From positions 1,674,001 to 1,738,000 of the forward strand of contig CP110439.1 in assembly GCA_026914245.1 (NCBI GenBank): a DNA stretch of 64,000 nt, written 5' to 3'. This DNA is from Puccinia triticina (lineage: Eukaryota). The translations under genes and the position numbers were made by a program. Below the pieces are notes generated by a model. The model was not told where the DNA came from and ran no database searches. It saw only the letters and a program-made list of their open reading frames with translations. Shown here piece by piece: positions 1-11,100 of the stretch (positions are counted from its first letter, which is position 1; every line of letters starts with the position of its first letter).

Positions 1-254
1 CAGCCTGAGTTGAACATAACATCACTATTGACACAAGATTAAGTTGTGTATGTTGCACACATGTTGCATGCTTGATACCCGCCAGGGTTGCTGAAGGAAG
101 TTACTGTCTGGCACTCTCTAGAGAGTGCCACACTTTCTCCCCTGGTGTGTCTTACAGTTCTATTTTCTTGGAAGGTGCCAAGCAGAGAGCTGCATCCAGG
201 TCCTCCATTGGTCCACAAGGCCATTTTTCTTTGCGTGGCAAGGTATAACAAGCG

Positions 255-460
255 TTCAAGCCTTTTAAAACTTGGTTTAAAGGTCTTAAACCAAGGCTTC
301 AAGTCTTTTAACCTTTGGATTTAAAAGTCTTAAACAAAGGATTTAACCATTTTAAACCAAATTTTGAAGGTCTTAAACCATGGTTTCAAGCCTTTCAAAC
401 CAAGGTTTAAAGGTCTTGAACCATGGTTTCAAGCCTTTTAAACCAAGGGTTTAAGCCTTA
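255..460. repeat. Degenerate tandem repeat of TTCAAGCCTTTTAAACCAAGGTTTAAAGGTCTTAAACC-like units
   Basis: Several imperfect copies seen directly. Confidence 0.7.
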
Positions 461-618
461 AGAAGGCAAAAGGCACATTTTGCCAACAGCAATCATGTGT
501 ATTACTGACAAATTATTTAAGATGCATCTAGCATCAATTCAGCACAAAAACATAGAGAAAGAACAGAAATCCAGAGCTACCCATTTTCCCGGATACAAAA
601 ACACATGGTTGTGCATTT

Positions 619-863
619 CACTACAAGAAAAACTCTGGAAACTGCTAGCAGTTGAGATGCAGAAGCTGAAAGGAAGCTTGAGGTGATACTCAAGCCTTTC
701 TCAAAGTTTATTTCAACCAAGGGTGAATGCACAGTCACTGTGCAATGTGCACAGTGACTGTGCATGAAAGGGCATGATGCAATTATGTCAAGTTACAATG
801 GCAGTTACCCTGGAGTATGCCACATGTCAACTGCTGGCAGTTTCTAGAGTTTTTCTTGCAGTG
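619..863. mobile_element. CACTA-type MITE (245 bp)
   Basis: ~40-bp TIRs CACTACAAGAAAAACTCTGGAAACTGC.../...GCAGTTTCTAGAGTTTTTCTTGCAGTG; 3-bp TSD TTT on both sides. Confidence 0.85.
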
Positions 864-1647
864 TTTACTATTAGTAGAGCCACTAAGATCAAGCAGTCAA
901 CCAAGTGGCCACATGTTGTCCGGTGAAGCCCTAGCTTAACTAAGCCTCTCAAACGGAGGGTCCGGGGGACCCTGACCGGAGTGCTCTCCGCAGGAGAGGC
1001 TTTCACCTAATGTCTGAAGTCTGGCAGGGAAAGGAAGGATATTCAACCCCAAAATCACCAAGCAAAATATGTACAAAAAAAACTGAACGGACAGATTCAT
1101 TGGCAGTGCTTTAGGCGCACCCTAACCCAAAGTTTTGAGCAAAAAGCTCCAAACTGATTGAAGGATTCCACTTTGAAGGTCAAAAAAATTGTGAAGGATA
1201 TTAAATTGCTCTGAAGATCCATTTTTGGATTTTCTCATAGGGTCTTGGAAAAACGACTCCCAAGTTTTGGGAAAACGACTCCCATATGTCCGCGCGACTA
1301 TTTTTCGACCAGCGCTGGACGTCGACCTAGACCCTTTTTTTGGGTACGGCTTTTTTGGGAGTTGTCGACCCAAAAAATTTATTTTTTGGGAGTCGTCCCC
1401 ACCAATTTTTATGAATATTTTTAATATTTTCTTGCCGGGGGGTTTGGGAGTTGTTCACCCAAAAGGAGTGCCCCCCGCGTTATTTTAGGAGTCGGCCGCG
1501 GGGGCCACAGAAGCCCCCAGGGAGCCGTGACGACTCCCCTTCGAGCCCCCCACCCATCACACAAGTCAGACACCACAACCGACACACCAACCGCCCAATC
1601 ACCCCCACCCGTCCACCCCAACCGCCCGATTGATCAAACGAAAAGAG

Positions 1648-2810
1648 ATGTTTAACCCTGCCGCCCCCGCCGCCGTCCAGGACCAGGAATCCCAGGCCCC
1701 TGTCGCCGCCATGGAGCACGCCGAGCCCCCAATGGCCGCCGTTGACCACGACCAGGAATCCCAGGCCCCTGTCGCCGCCATGGAGCACGCCGAGCCCCCA
1801 ATGGCCGCCGTCAACCACGCCAAGCCCCCAATGGCCGCCGTCAACCACGCCGAGCCCCCTGTTGCCGCCATCAAGTACGCGAAGGCCCCAATGCCTGGCG
1901 AGCACACCGAGCCCCCAGTGGCTGGCGAGCACGCCGAGGAAACCCAAGCCGCAGGGCCAGGTAAGCCCCCTCTCCCCTGCCGACTCCCTCCCATCCAAAC
2001 TGGAGGCATTGAGCCCCCAACACCCTGTTCCTGCCCCTGATCCAGGTGAGAATCAAGACGCCGCCGAAGGCCTTGCGGCCCAGGACCACGCAGCCACCCT
2101 GGCCATTCTAGAGCGCCAAGGAGCCGTCCTAGCCAGCGGGGCTCAAGGTCTAGCGCCTGCCTACGCTGCCGACTCCCGTGACCCCGTCGACACCCAACGT
2201 CCCGCAGCCGCCGACTCCCAGCCTCCCGCAGCCGCCGACTCCCAAACTGCAGCCGCCGACTCCCATTCAGCCGCCGACTCCCAAACCGCAGCCGGTGCTC
2301 AAGGTCTAGCGCCTGCCTACGCTGCTGACTCCCGTGACCACGTCGACACCCAACGTCCCGCAGCCGCCGACTCCCAGCCTCCCGCAGCTGCCGACTCCCA
2401 AACTGCAGCCGCCAACTCGCAAACCGCAGCCGCCGACTCGCAAACCGCAGCCGCCGACTCCCAGGCCATTGCCGCTGTCGAAGCCTGCATTCAGACCACT
2501 GAAGCCCTTCAAGACGTCACCCTAGGCCCCCCTCCTCCTTCAACTTACTCAAGAAATCGCCAAAAAAAAACTAGAAAATCAAATCCACAAAGAAAATGAG
2601 GAAGAAGATGAAGATTATAGCTTAGATAATCCAGAAGAGAAGAAGACACTCGAGGAATATGTAGAGCTAGCTAGAGAAGAGAAAACTATTGAAGATTGTA
2701 TTGTAATGTTAGAATTAGATGAAGATAATACTACTAACAATGATCCAAACTCTGGAACTGTTCCACCCAAAAAAAACCCAGAAGAAATCGAGAAAATGTC
2801 AGAAATCTGA
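1648..2810 (+). pseudogene. MULE accessory ORF1: Ala/Pro/acidic repeat protein, probably frameshifted
   Basis: ATG 1648; a phase-1 GT-AG intron at 1961-2045 joins the EPPMAAV repeats to the AAADSQ repeats in frame; the acidic tail (ENEEEDEDYS...KMSEI*) lies in another frame after ~2545. Confidence 0.55.
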
Positions 2811-5109
2811 CTTCATCTTCCGCTCACATTCTCTGTCTGGCCAAGTGGCCCCTGTTTCCTGTCTGACCAAGTGGTCAAATCCTGTCCTGTCCTGTTTGAC
2901 CGAGTGGTCCTCCTGTTCCTGTCCCCTGTTCCTGTCACCTGTTCCTGTCACCTGTTCTGATTTGTTTGGCCGAGTGGCCATGACTTGTCTCCTGTTCCCT
3001 GTCACCAGTTCTTGTCACCAGTTCCTGTCACCTGTCCTGTCCCCTGTTACTGTTGTTAGGCCCCCCTTTGGATCTTGCTGGGGGGCTCTCTAGTTGTTTG
3101 GTTAAAGTCCGCTCCTCGGACATGAAATAAAAATCATCGAGTCTGAGCCTCAACAACCTCAACCCTGCTCCTTGGTCCTATCTGTTCACCTCAAGATAGC
3201 CCCCCCCCTTTTCGTCGCCTCCACTTTTTGAGCTGAAATCTTAACAGAAAATACTCGAGAAAATTGCTGAAGAGAGAACTGAGAAGGAGCTCAAAGAAAT
3301 GGAGCTGGAGAACAAGAATCAACCGGATGATGAAGACTCAGTAAATGAAGAAGGAGAAAGGACGATTTACGACAACATTCCTGCGCCGCCAGCTGGAAAT
3401 TATGACGACGTTGAATCAGTTAAGGAGGCCATCCAAGAATTTGCTCGGGCGCATGGCTATGGGATATCGGTCAAACGCTCTGTTCCTGGAAAGAGTGTCC
3501 ATTTTAAATGTGTCAGGTCTATAATTTCCCAGTTCTTTTTCATTGTTCTGTTACTTTTGACTGACATTAAATCCACATTGAAACGATACAGAGGAGGTGA
3601 TCCTGCGAAAAACAAACGTAAAGGTGATACTCGTGAAAATATATCATCTCGATTGATTGGCTGTCCGTTCGCCGCGGCTGTATACAACCAGAAGAAGAAG
3701 GGCCACTGGAAATTCACAGTCTCCAACTCGACTCATAATCACCGCCCCACTGCCGCCGTTGCCCACACTGTTCACCGTAAGCTCAGCAACACTCTCTATG
3801 AAGAAATGAAAAGACTTGGCAAGGCCGGATTGCGACCGGCACAAATACTTGAATGCCTCAAGAAGCTGCACCCTGACGAGACAATCCTGGCCACAATTGA
3901 TACGATTTACTCAGCACGAAAGCAGGCTGCGCAAGAGATGTTGCAAGGAATCAGTCCCATCATTCACCTGAATGAAATTCTGGCTGGAACCGATTTCACA
4001 ACAATGACGAAGGTCGACGAATCTGGCGAGCTCAAGGGCCTTTTTTTCTGTCATTCCCTCTCCGTGAAGCTTCTCCATCAGTACCATTCAATCCTTTTCC
4101 TCGACTGTACGTACAAGACGAATAAGTATTGGATGCCTCTCCTCCACATCACTGGTGTCACTGGAGCCAACAAGTCTTTCAGTTTGGCGTTCTGCTTTCT
4201 CGCCAAAGAGACACAAGATTATTACGACTGGGCGCTCGAATCCCTCCTGACAGTTTTCACCTTGAACAAGATTCCCCTTCCTGCTGTTGTTCTGACCGAC
4301 CGAGAAGAAGCTCTCATCTCCTCTCTCCAGTCCAATTTTCTGGATTCGACTCACATGCTTTGCACTTGGCACATACAGAAGAACTTGGTCTCCAATGGCG
4401 CAAAACACATCAAGAACAAGGCGAAGGAGTTTGAAATGCTTCAACACTGGAGCAACTTAATCAAGATGACTAGTCCAGGCGATTTCCGTTCAAGCTTCAG
4501 TCGTTTTTGCGCGAAATACGGCGAAGGTTTTGGAGATTACATGATTGAGACATGTCTTCCGGTGTGTGAAAAGTATGCTAACGCTTGGACAAAAGATATA
4601 CCTCATTTTGACCATCGGACGACGTCTCAAATTGAATCATTGCATGCTTTCATCAAATCTTATCTCCTGGGCCCCAACAATTCTTTTGCCGCCGTCATCA
4701 AGTTAATCACAAATGCGCTTGAAGCTCAATCCCACGAAATCTCCGCGGCGCATCACAAGGAGAAGATTAGAAGCCTTCGATCAATAGGGAAGATTTTCTT
4801 GCTCTGTCACGGCCGGATCACCCACTTTGCTCTCCAGAAGGCGCAGGATAATCTGAGAGCAAGTGTTGACCTGGAGAATTGGCACAGGTGCAACGGGTGT
4901 TACGAAAACCGGATGGGAATTCCTTGTAAGCATACACTCCGGCAGCGCGCAATGGATGGCGAGAAGATACTTCCCGAGGATTTTCATGTCCAGTGGCACA
5001 TGAAGGTAAGATCTGGGTCTTTTTTTATCTTTTTTTCATGTGGGGGGGCCTTGGATGGCCGGTTTTTGTGGACAACTCCCATTTTTCCTATGACAACTCC
5101 CGTTTCTTG

Positions 5110-5325
5110 CACTGCCAGCATAATTGGCTGGGCTGAGGTTATCCCAGTTAGACTGGGATGCACTTAACCAATTTAACCTTGGGTGATCTCAACTGATGAA
5201 ATATAAATCCAAGGTACCCCCCTTGCGTTTATATTTGATTGGTTGAGATCAACCAAGTTTAAATTGGTTGAGTGCTTCCCAGTTAAACTGGGATGACTTC
5301 AGCCCAGCCAAATATGCTGGCAGTG
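5110..5325. mobile_element. CACTG-ended MITE (216 bp) nested in transposase intron 2
   Basis: Long TIRs CACTGCCAGCAT.../...ATGCTGGCAGTG; flanks TTG/TCG; near-identical copy at 20563-20777. Confidence 0.88.
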
Positions 5326-6293
5326 TCGGCGGACGACTCCCATTTTTCTCCAACGACTCCCTTTTACCCCCGCGCGCACCTGGGACAGGAACGACTCCCA
5401 TTTTCCGTCCGTGCGGCATGCGAATTGGAATAACGACTCCCAAATCGCCATGCTGCGGAACCTCGATTGGAAGAACGACTCCCGCCGACTCCCATTCGTC
5501 TGCCCATTGCCACCGCCCCTCTGCCACACCTCCCTTCCATTTTTATCCTCCACTGCGCCATTCCCTTACTAACTAGAGTCTTTGCATTCCCCCCAGGATC
5601 TTCATGCTCTTCACACCAACGCTGATCTCACCCAAATTGAGCAAGTCAACCGGATCCGCGAAAGGCTTCTGCAGATGAATCCCGCGCAGATGGCGGCCCA
5701 GTTACAAGCTATCAACAGCTTATTGGAAGGCTCTGGAACCGTCGTGACAATCCAGGAACCAACGCAAGCTCAGGCCACCCGTGGACGTCCAAAAGGCGCG
5801 CCAAACAAACCGAAAACTACAAAAAGGGACCCCTCCGCCTTCGAACACGTTGAAAATAAAAGGAAGAATGAAGAAGGAGTGATGATGAAGTCCAAGAAAC
5901 AGAAGCTAGCGGAAACCAGAAAAGCGGAGAAGGAAGAAATGAAACAAATGAAGAAAGAAGAGAAGGAGCAACAAAAAAGGAAGAAAGAAGAGGATAAGAA
6001 GAAGAAGCAAGAAGAGAAGAAGAACGAACCAGCGCCCAAGAAGAGGAAACTCCCGGCCCAAAATTCAAAGACCGCCAAGAAAGTCGCTCAGTCTCCTTCT
6101 CCAACTCCTTCTCCGTCGCCGTCTCCATCACCACCACCCTCCTCACCTGCGCTTCCTCCTCCTCCGCCGCCAAAAGCCCAAGTCCCAACAAAGCGCTTCA
6201 AACCAGTCCGCGTCGCACCTAAGAAGCCAGCTTCCCCTTCCCCTCCTGTGAACTCCGCCTCGTCTGCCGCCGCCCCTCCGCAGCAACGTACGT

Positions 6294-6631
6294 TGATGAT
6301 CTGAAGGCAGCAGGCACGACGCCGAGGAGTGTTGATGATGGTGGAAGGATAATAGATTGCATCTGTCAGAGAAGGAAAAACAAGTAGAGAAAGAAAGAAA
6401 GAAGAGAGAGACCAAAGGAAAAGAGAACATACCTGGAGGCAGCAGGCACAACGCCGAGGAGTGTTGATGATGGTAGAAGGATGAGGAAAAGGGAAACCTT
6501 CCACGTCTGCTGCCTCCAGTGTACTACAAGAGCCTGTGAAACTGAAGTGAAATGTGAGAAAAGAAATGACATGTATGTAGCACACAAACGGAGAGATAGA
6601 AATGAAACAGTGACAGCTCTCCAACTCAACA
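6294..6631 (-). mobile_element. Solo LTR (338 bp, copia-like ends) inserted in the transposase CDS
   Basis: TGATGA...TCAACA ends; perfect 5-bp TSD TACGT (6289-6293, 6632-6636); removal restores the frame QQRTSRAAGKMR. Orientation is inferred. Confidence 0.85.
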
Positions 6632-7759
6632 TACGTCCCGCGCCGCTGGGAAGATGCGAGCTCTGCCTTCCCCTTCCCCTCCTTTGCAATCAACCTCGTC
6701 TGCCCCCGCGCCTCCGCCGCAACGTCTGACCCGCGCCACTGCTAAGAAGCCAGCTCCACCTTCCGCTCCTGCTCAATCAACCTCGTCTGCCCCCGCCCCT
6801 CCGCCAAAATCTAGCCGGGTACCTCCGCCGCGAGCCGCGCGAGCCACGCGAGCCACGCGAGTCCCTCCACCGCCAACAGCTCCAGTCCCTCCACCACCAA
6901 CAGCACCAGTCCCCCAACCCCCATCCAAAGAACCAGTTGACTGACCGAATTGGCTCAATCAACTCCCAGTCATCATCAGATCCTCGGTCAAGCAGATACT
7001 TGATGTCGAGTCAGATGGCCATTGTGGATTCCGCGCGGTGGCATGGTGCTTGGGGAATGGTCAGGGCGCTTGGAGTGCAGTCCGAGAAGCTCTAGCCGAC
7101 GAAATCAGCAAACGAGGCGAGTGGTACGTGAAGTTGGGACATTTTCACAACATCAAGTCGACTCTGGCCAGAATAAACTTTTCCGGTACCAAAGGTTGCG
7201 GTATGGCTCGTTGGATGGCAATGCCCTCCTCCGGCGAAGCACTGGCCAACACTTTCCAACGGCCAGTTTTTTATTTCACTGAAGAGTGGTCTCAAACTTT
7301 CCTTCCCTCCTTCTGCCCTCCTAACCAAAACCTCCCGATCTTCTTGGCTTTCATCCGGCGACTCGATCACTTTGTGGCTCTAGAACTATCCTCCCCTGAC
7401 GTCTTCCCTGCCCCTTCCCTACAAAAGAGCTGGAAGCTAAATGCCAACCCAGAGGCACGAGGTTGGGAGGCAAGATACTCTGATTGTTTTGCTCAAACAG
7501 GTGGAAGAAAGCTCCTCTTTCCTGATAAGAGTGGTAAATTTTACTAGTATTTCCATTTGTGGTTTTCATGTATTGGTGGTTGTTCTAGCCTTTTTTGAAT
7601 AAATATTGTGAATATTATTCCTCTCTAGTATTTTTTGAATAAACACTTTTTATATTTTCTTGTCCTCATTATTTCTGGCAGCTCTGAGAGTTTGTGTCAT
7701 CAAAGATGAGGTACAAATTGTGCGCTGGTAGGGAGCATGTCTATTCATGTGGAGCTGCA

Positions 7760-8115
7760 CCCCTCATATCTCATGTTCTGATGGCACACTAATGCCACAA
7801 ACCTTATAGCGCAGAGGAGTTACAGTCTTGAAATATCCCTGAAAATTTTAGACTGTTTGGGTGTGTAACACAAAAGTTACACAGTTAGCAGTCATTTCCT
7901 ACTGAGCATTTGGCACGCCCCTTATGTGTCATGTTCTGATGGAACAATAATGCCAGAAATTTTATATCACAGATTTTATGCAGTCTTAAGATATCCCTGA
8001 AATTTGTGGACATTTTGGGTGTGTAATGCAAAAGTTACACAGTCAGGAGTTATTTTCCTACTAATTTTGGCGCACATCCCTTATATCTCATTTTCTGATG
8101 GGACAATACTGCTAA
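7760..8115. repeat. ~158-159-bp tandem repeat, ~2.3 copies, inside the MULE
   Basis: TCATGTTCTGATGG-like anchor at 7771, 7929 and 8088 with conserved intervening sequence. Confidence 0.8.
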
Positions 8116-11100
8116 AACTTTCAGTATTGTCTTTTTATGTATGTTTCTCCGTGCTCTCAAATTTTCATGGCTCTAGTATGTGGAACAAAAAAGTTATACA
8201 TCCAAGTTTATTAAAATCACAGAAACCTGGACCTCAAGATCTAAGTTTTTGCCTATGCTTATCTGCAAATTTGCAAAGTTGCCCTCAAAATGTGAATATA
8301 ATCCCCAAATACCACGGAGGGCACCTCGGATTGACCCTCCAGCTTGTGCCACAGCAACAAGCAAAAGTGGGCCGGTCAAATTTAATCTCAAGGGGGGCCT
8401 AATCAAATGATTAGCGCGCTCCAGGGAGGGGGTAGGACAAAACCGGATCCCCTGCCCTCAACATTATCCACCGTCCGTCTCTTAAATAAACGTTCTCACC
8501 ATCAAATTGGCTCACCGACAACTTGCGCCTCCTGCACCCCTGCTCACCAAACCACACCCCATTGCCAGTATTTTGACCGCCGCCGCCTTCGACCCGTTTA
8601 TCATGGAACGTCAGGCGTATCACCAGACCCTGGTATCTCTTTCCCCCTGCGCACAACCACTGTTCAGCAACCCCCAATCCGGTCACACACTTTGTTGACA
8701 TAACGACGTCCCTCATCAGTTCCGCCCGCAAGGCTTCCTGCTCTAGCTCGCCCAACAAATCTGCCCCATCCCCAAGGCACCCGCAGACCGCAAACCAATC
8801 CCTTTTTCGTACATGTAAGTTCCCAAACCCTTCGTCCAAGCCCTCCACCCGCTTGGACCCGCATTCCCTGAAACTCATGGCGGGTTTCCACATTCTTCCT
8901 TTCCACCGGCTCGCGTACACAACCACTGTCGCGCAAAGCCCAACCCAAACGCCTCTATTGTTGAGATAACCACGACTCGCTGTCAGTGCTCTCAAGACTG
9001 GAACCTCCCTGGTTTATCCTCCAAGCAGCCTCACCCCCAAGGCACCGCGGCATGTACAACCATTCACTCAATCAACGGTCAACTATTCTGACCCCCCGGC
9101 CGTAAACTGGCAGCACTCACTTGGCCCAATCGACAGCTCCCCATAACCCGATCTTGACACAACTTTAGCTCCGATATGAAGAATGTTTTATGTTTTGAGG
9201 AAGCGCGCGAGGACGCGGAGATGTCCCAGTGGGCGACTTGGGGTTTATCTCAGCTTGCGCCGATCATGAATGAATGCATATTTTTCAGTTGTAAGTAGCT
9301 TAGATCATGCCGTTCTGCTTTGAGAGGGTTTAGTTTAGCTTGCGTCTTGATGAATAGGATATGCGAGCGAAAAAGACGAACGGCTTGGGGATGACCTTTG
9401 TGCGCAGTTGATTGATTATTGAGCATGCTGGATTCCCGCTTAAAAGGCGACGAACTCGTGGGACATCGCGACTACCTCGCGGGGAAGGGAGGCGGGAAGT
9501 TTTCGGCAGCGGATGTGGTGATCTGGCCGTGAGTAGTGTTTCGTGTTTAGGTTGCCGCAAGATACTTATGCTGACGGGTGGAGTTCAGCTGGGTTAATGT
9601 TGCTAATCTCTGTGGCCTCGGCGATACACCACTCTCGCGATTCCCTTGTCTGGTTCGGTGGTGGGTGCGCATCAAGGGGCGAGCTGGTGTGGTTGCGGGG
9701 TGTTTGAGTAAATATGAGGTTTAGGTCAAGTGTTTGGTTGTTGATTCGCTTCGGGGTAATGGGCATTCCGGGGAGATTGAAGGTTGGTTGTGCGCGTCTA
9801 TCGGCCTTCCCTGTGTGACGGCGACGCCCGCCCAGCCATGGCAGCATCATGCGGGCCTTGGCCGCGGAAAAAGATGCGAGACTGCGTGGCTGGTGTGAAT
9901 GTCTGAGGTTTTGGGTTGTGGCGGCTTGCGGCCAACCTTTTAAAGTTTCTAGGCAGCGTCCGGGGCGCCTCCCCGGTCGGGGAGGGGGGGGGGGTTTGGA
10001 TGGTTTGATGGAATGGGTTGGAGGGAGGGGTGGCTGGAGCTTCAAGTTGGGTTGGTTATAGCATAGCATGGTGCGGGTGAGCGCAAGATGGTGAAGTTGG
10101 GGGGGTGCGTGTCATTCACACGGTCTGGAGTTGGGTAAAGGGTGCAGGCAGGCCTCTACATGTCTGAAGGTGGGTCTGCAGCGTAGGAGGCGCGACACGG
10201 GGCAGATTGCCAGGAGGGGACCTGGGGTTCCCTCATGTAATGATCTGTATGAAGAGGGAAAAACAGCTGAAGGGGAACCCTGCTGATGAGGCAGACAAAG
10301 GGAAAGAGAGAATATGAATTGTGATGGCCATTGAGTGAGGGCCTGAATAGAGCGTACGTGAGAGGCATGGAACATGGGGGGGGAGAATAGGGGGGGGGGG
10401 GGGGGGGAATGCCTGTGAACTTGAGTTGCAGCGGCGAAGCCGCTTTGGTCTCTAGTATTAAAAATAATAAAAAATAATACGAAAAATTAGTGGGGACGAC
10501 TCCCAAAAAATAATTTTTTTGGGTCGACGACTCCCAAAAAAGCCGTACCCAAAAAAAGGGTCTAGGTCAATGTCCAGCGCTGGTCGAAAAATGGTCGCGC
10601 GGACGTATGGGAGTCGTTTTCCCAAAACTTGGGAGTCGTTTTTCCAAGACCCTTCTTATAATATGCACAACTGAATTTCCTATTTGCAACAAAATGCAAC
10701 ACTTGAGTGGCTATGGTGTGTAGGATCTGCAGACATCTGCGGGTTTGCGCACCCAGGATCCACCGGGCATGATGGTTGTGCATCCTTAGTTTACATTTAT
10801 TCATGTTTTTTTTTTAAAAAAAAAACAACATTAGTACAGTGCAAACGGTTTGGCTTGAGGGGATGAGACCAGTGCCAAATGACAGCTGAGGTCAATAAGT
10901 ATCTTTTGGCCCTGGGGCAGGTCCACAGTACCTGAGGGGGAGGCTGGCTGAGGCTTAATATTTTCCCTCCAGCCATTTGTGATTTCTTTCCCAGCCAAAA
11001 TTTTGACATCACGCGCAAGTCCGCCACAGCAAGCCTCCCACCAGGGGGGACTTGTGTTAAGTTAGGGTGCAGCCAAGCTGAGAACATCAGAAACAAAATA

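Larger units (their letters stand above)
3299..7547 (+). pseudogene. MULE transposase with C-terminal OTU-like cysteine protease; disrupted by a solo LTR and one in-frame TGA
   Basis: Segments 3299-3516, 3592-5005, 5597-6293 and 6637-7547 join in frame. Motifs: FLDCTYKTN, VLTDRE, CTWH, QIESLH (DDE); CNGC...PCKH (SWIM-like); RGRPKG AT-hook; DGHCGFRA...DHFV (OTU). Stop at 6942-6944. Confidence 0.9.
1240..10652 (+). mobile_element. Full-length Mutator-like (MULE) DNA transposon, 9413 bp, multi-gene
   Basis: ~170-bp TIRs GGGTCTTGGAAAAACGACTCCC.../...GGGAGTCGTTTTTCCAAGACCC; 8-bp TSD TTCTCATA (1232-1239) / TTCTTATA (10653-10660); internal MULE transposase. Confidence 0.93.

Noticed and set aside
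6288..6636. Apparent intron starting GTACGT in the transposase
   Set aside because: No acceptor restores the frame; TG...CA ends with a TACGT TSD explain it as a solo LTR
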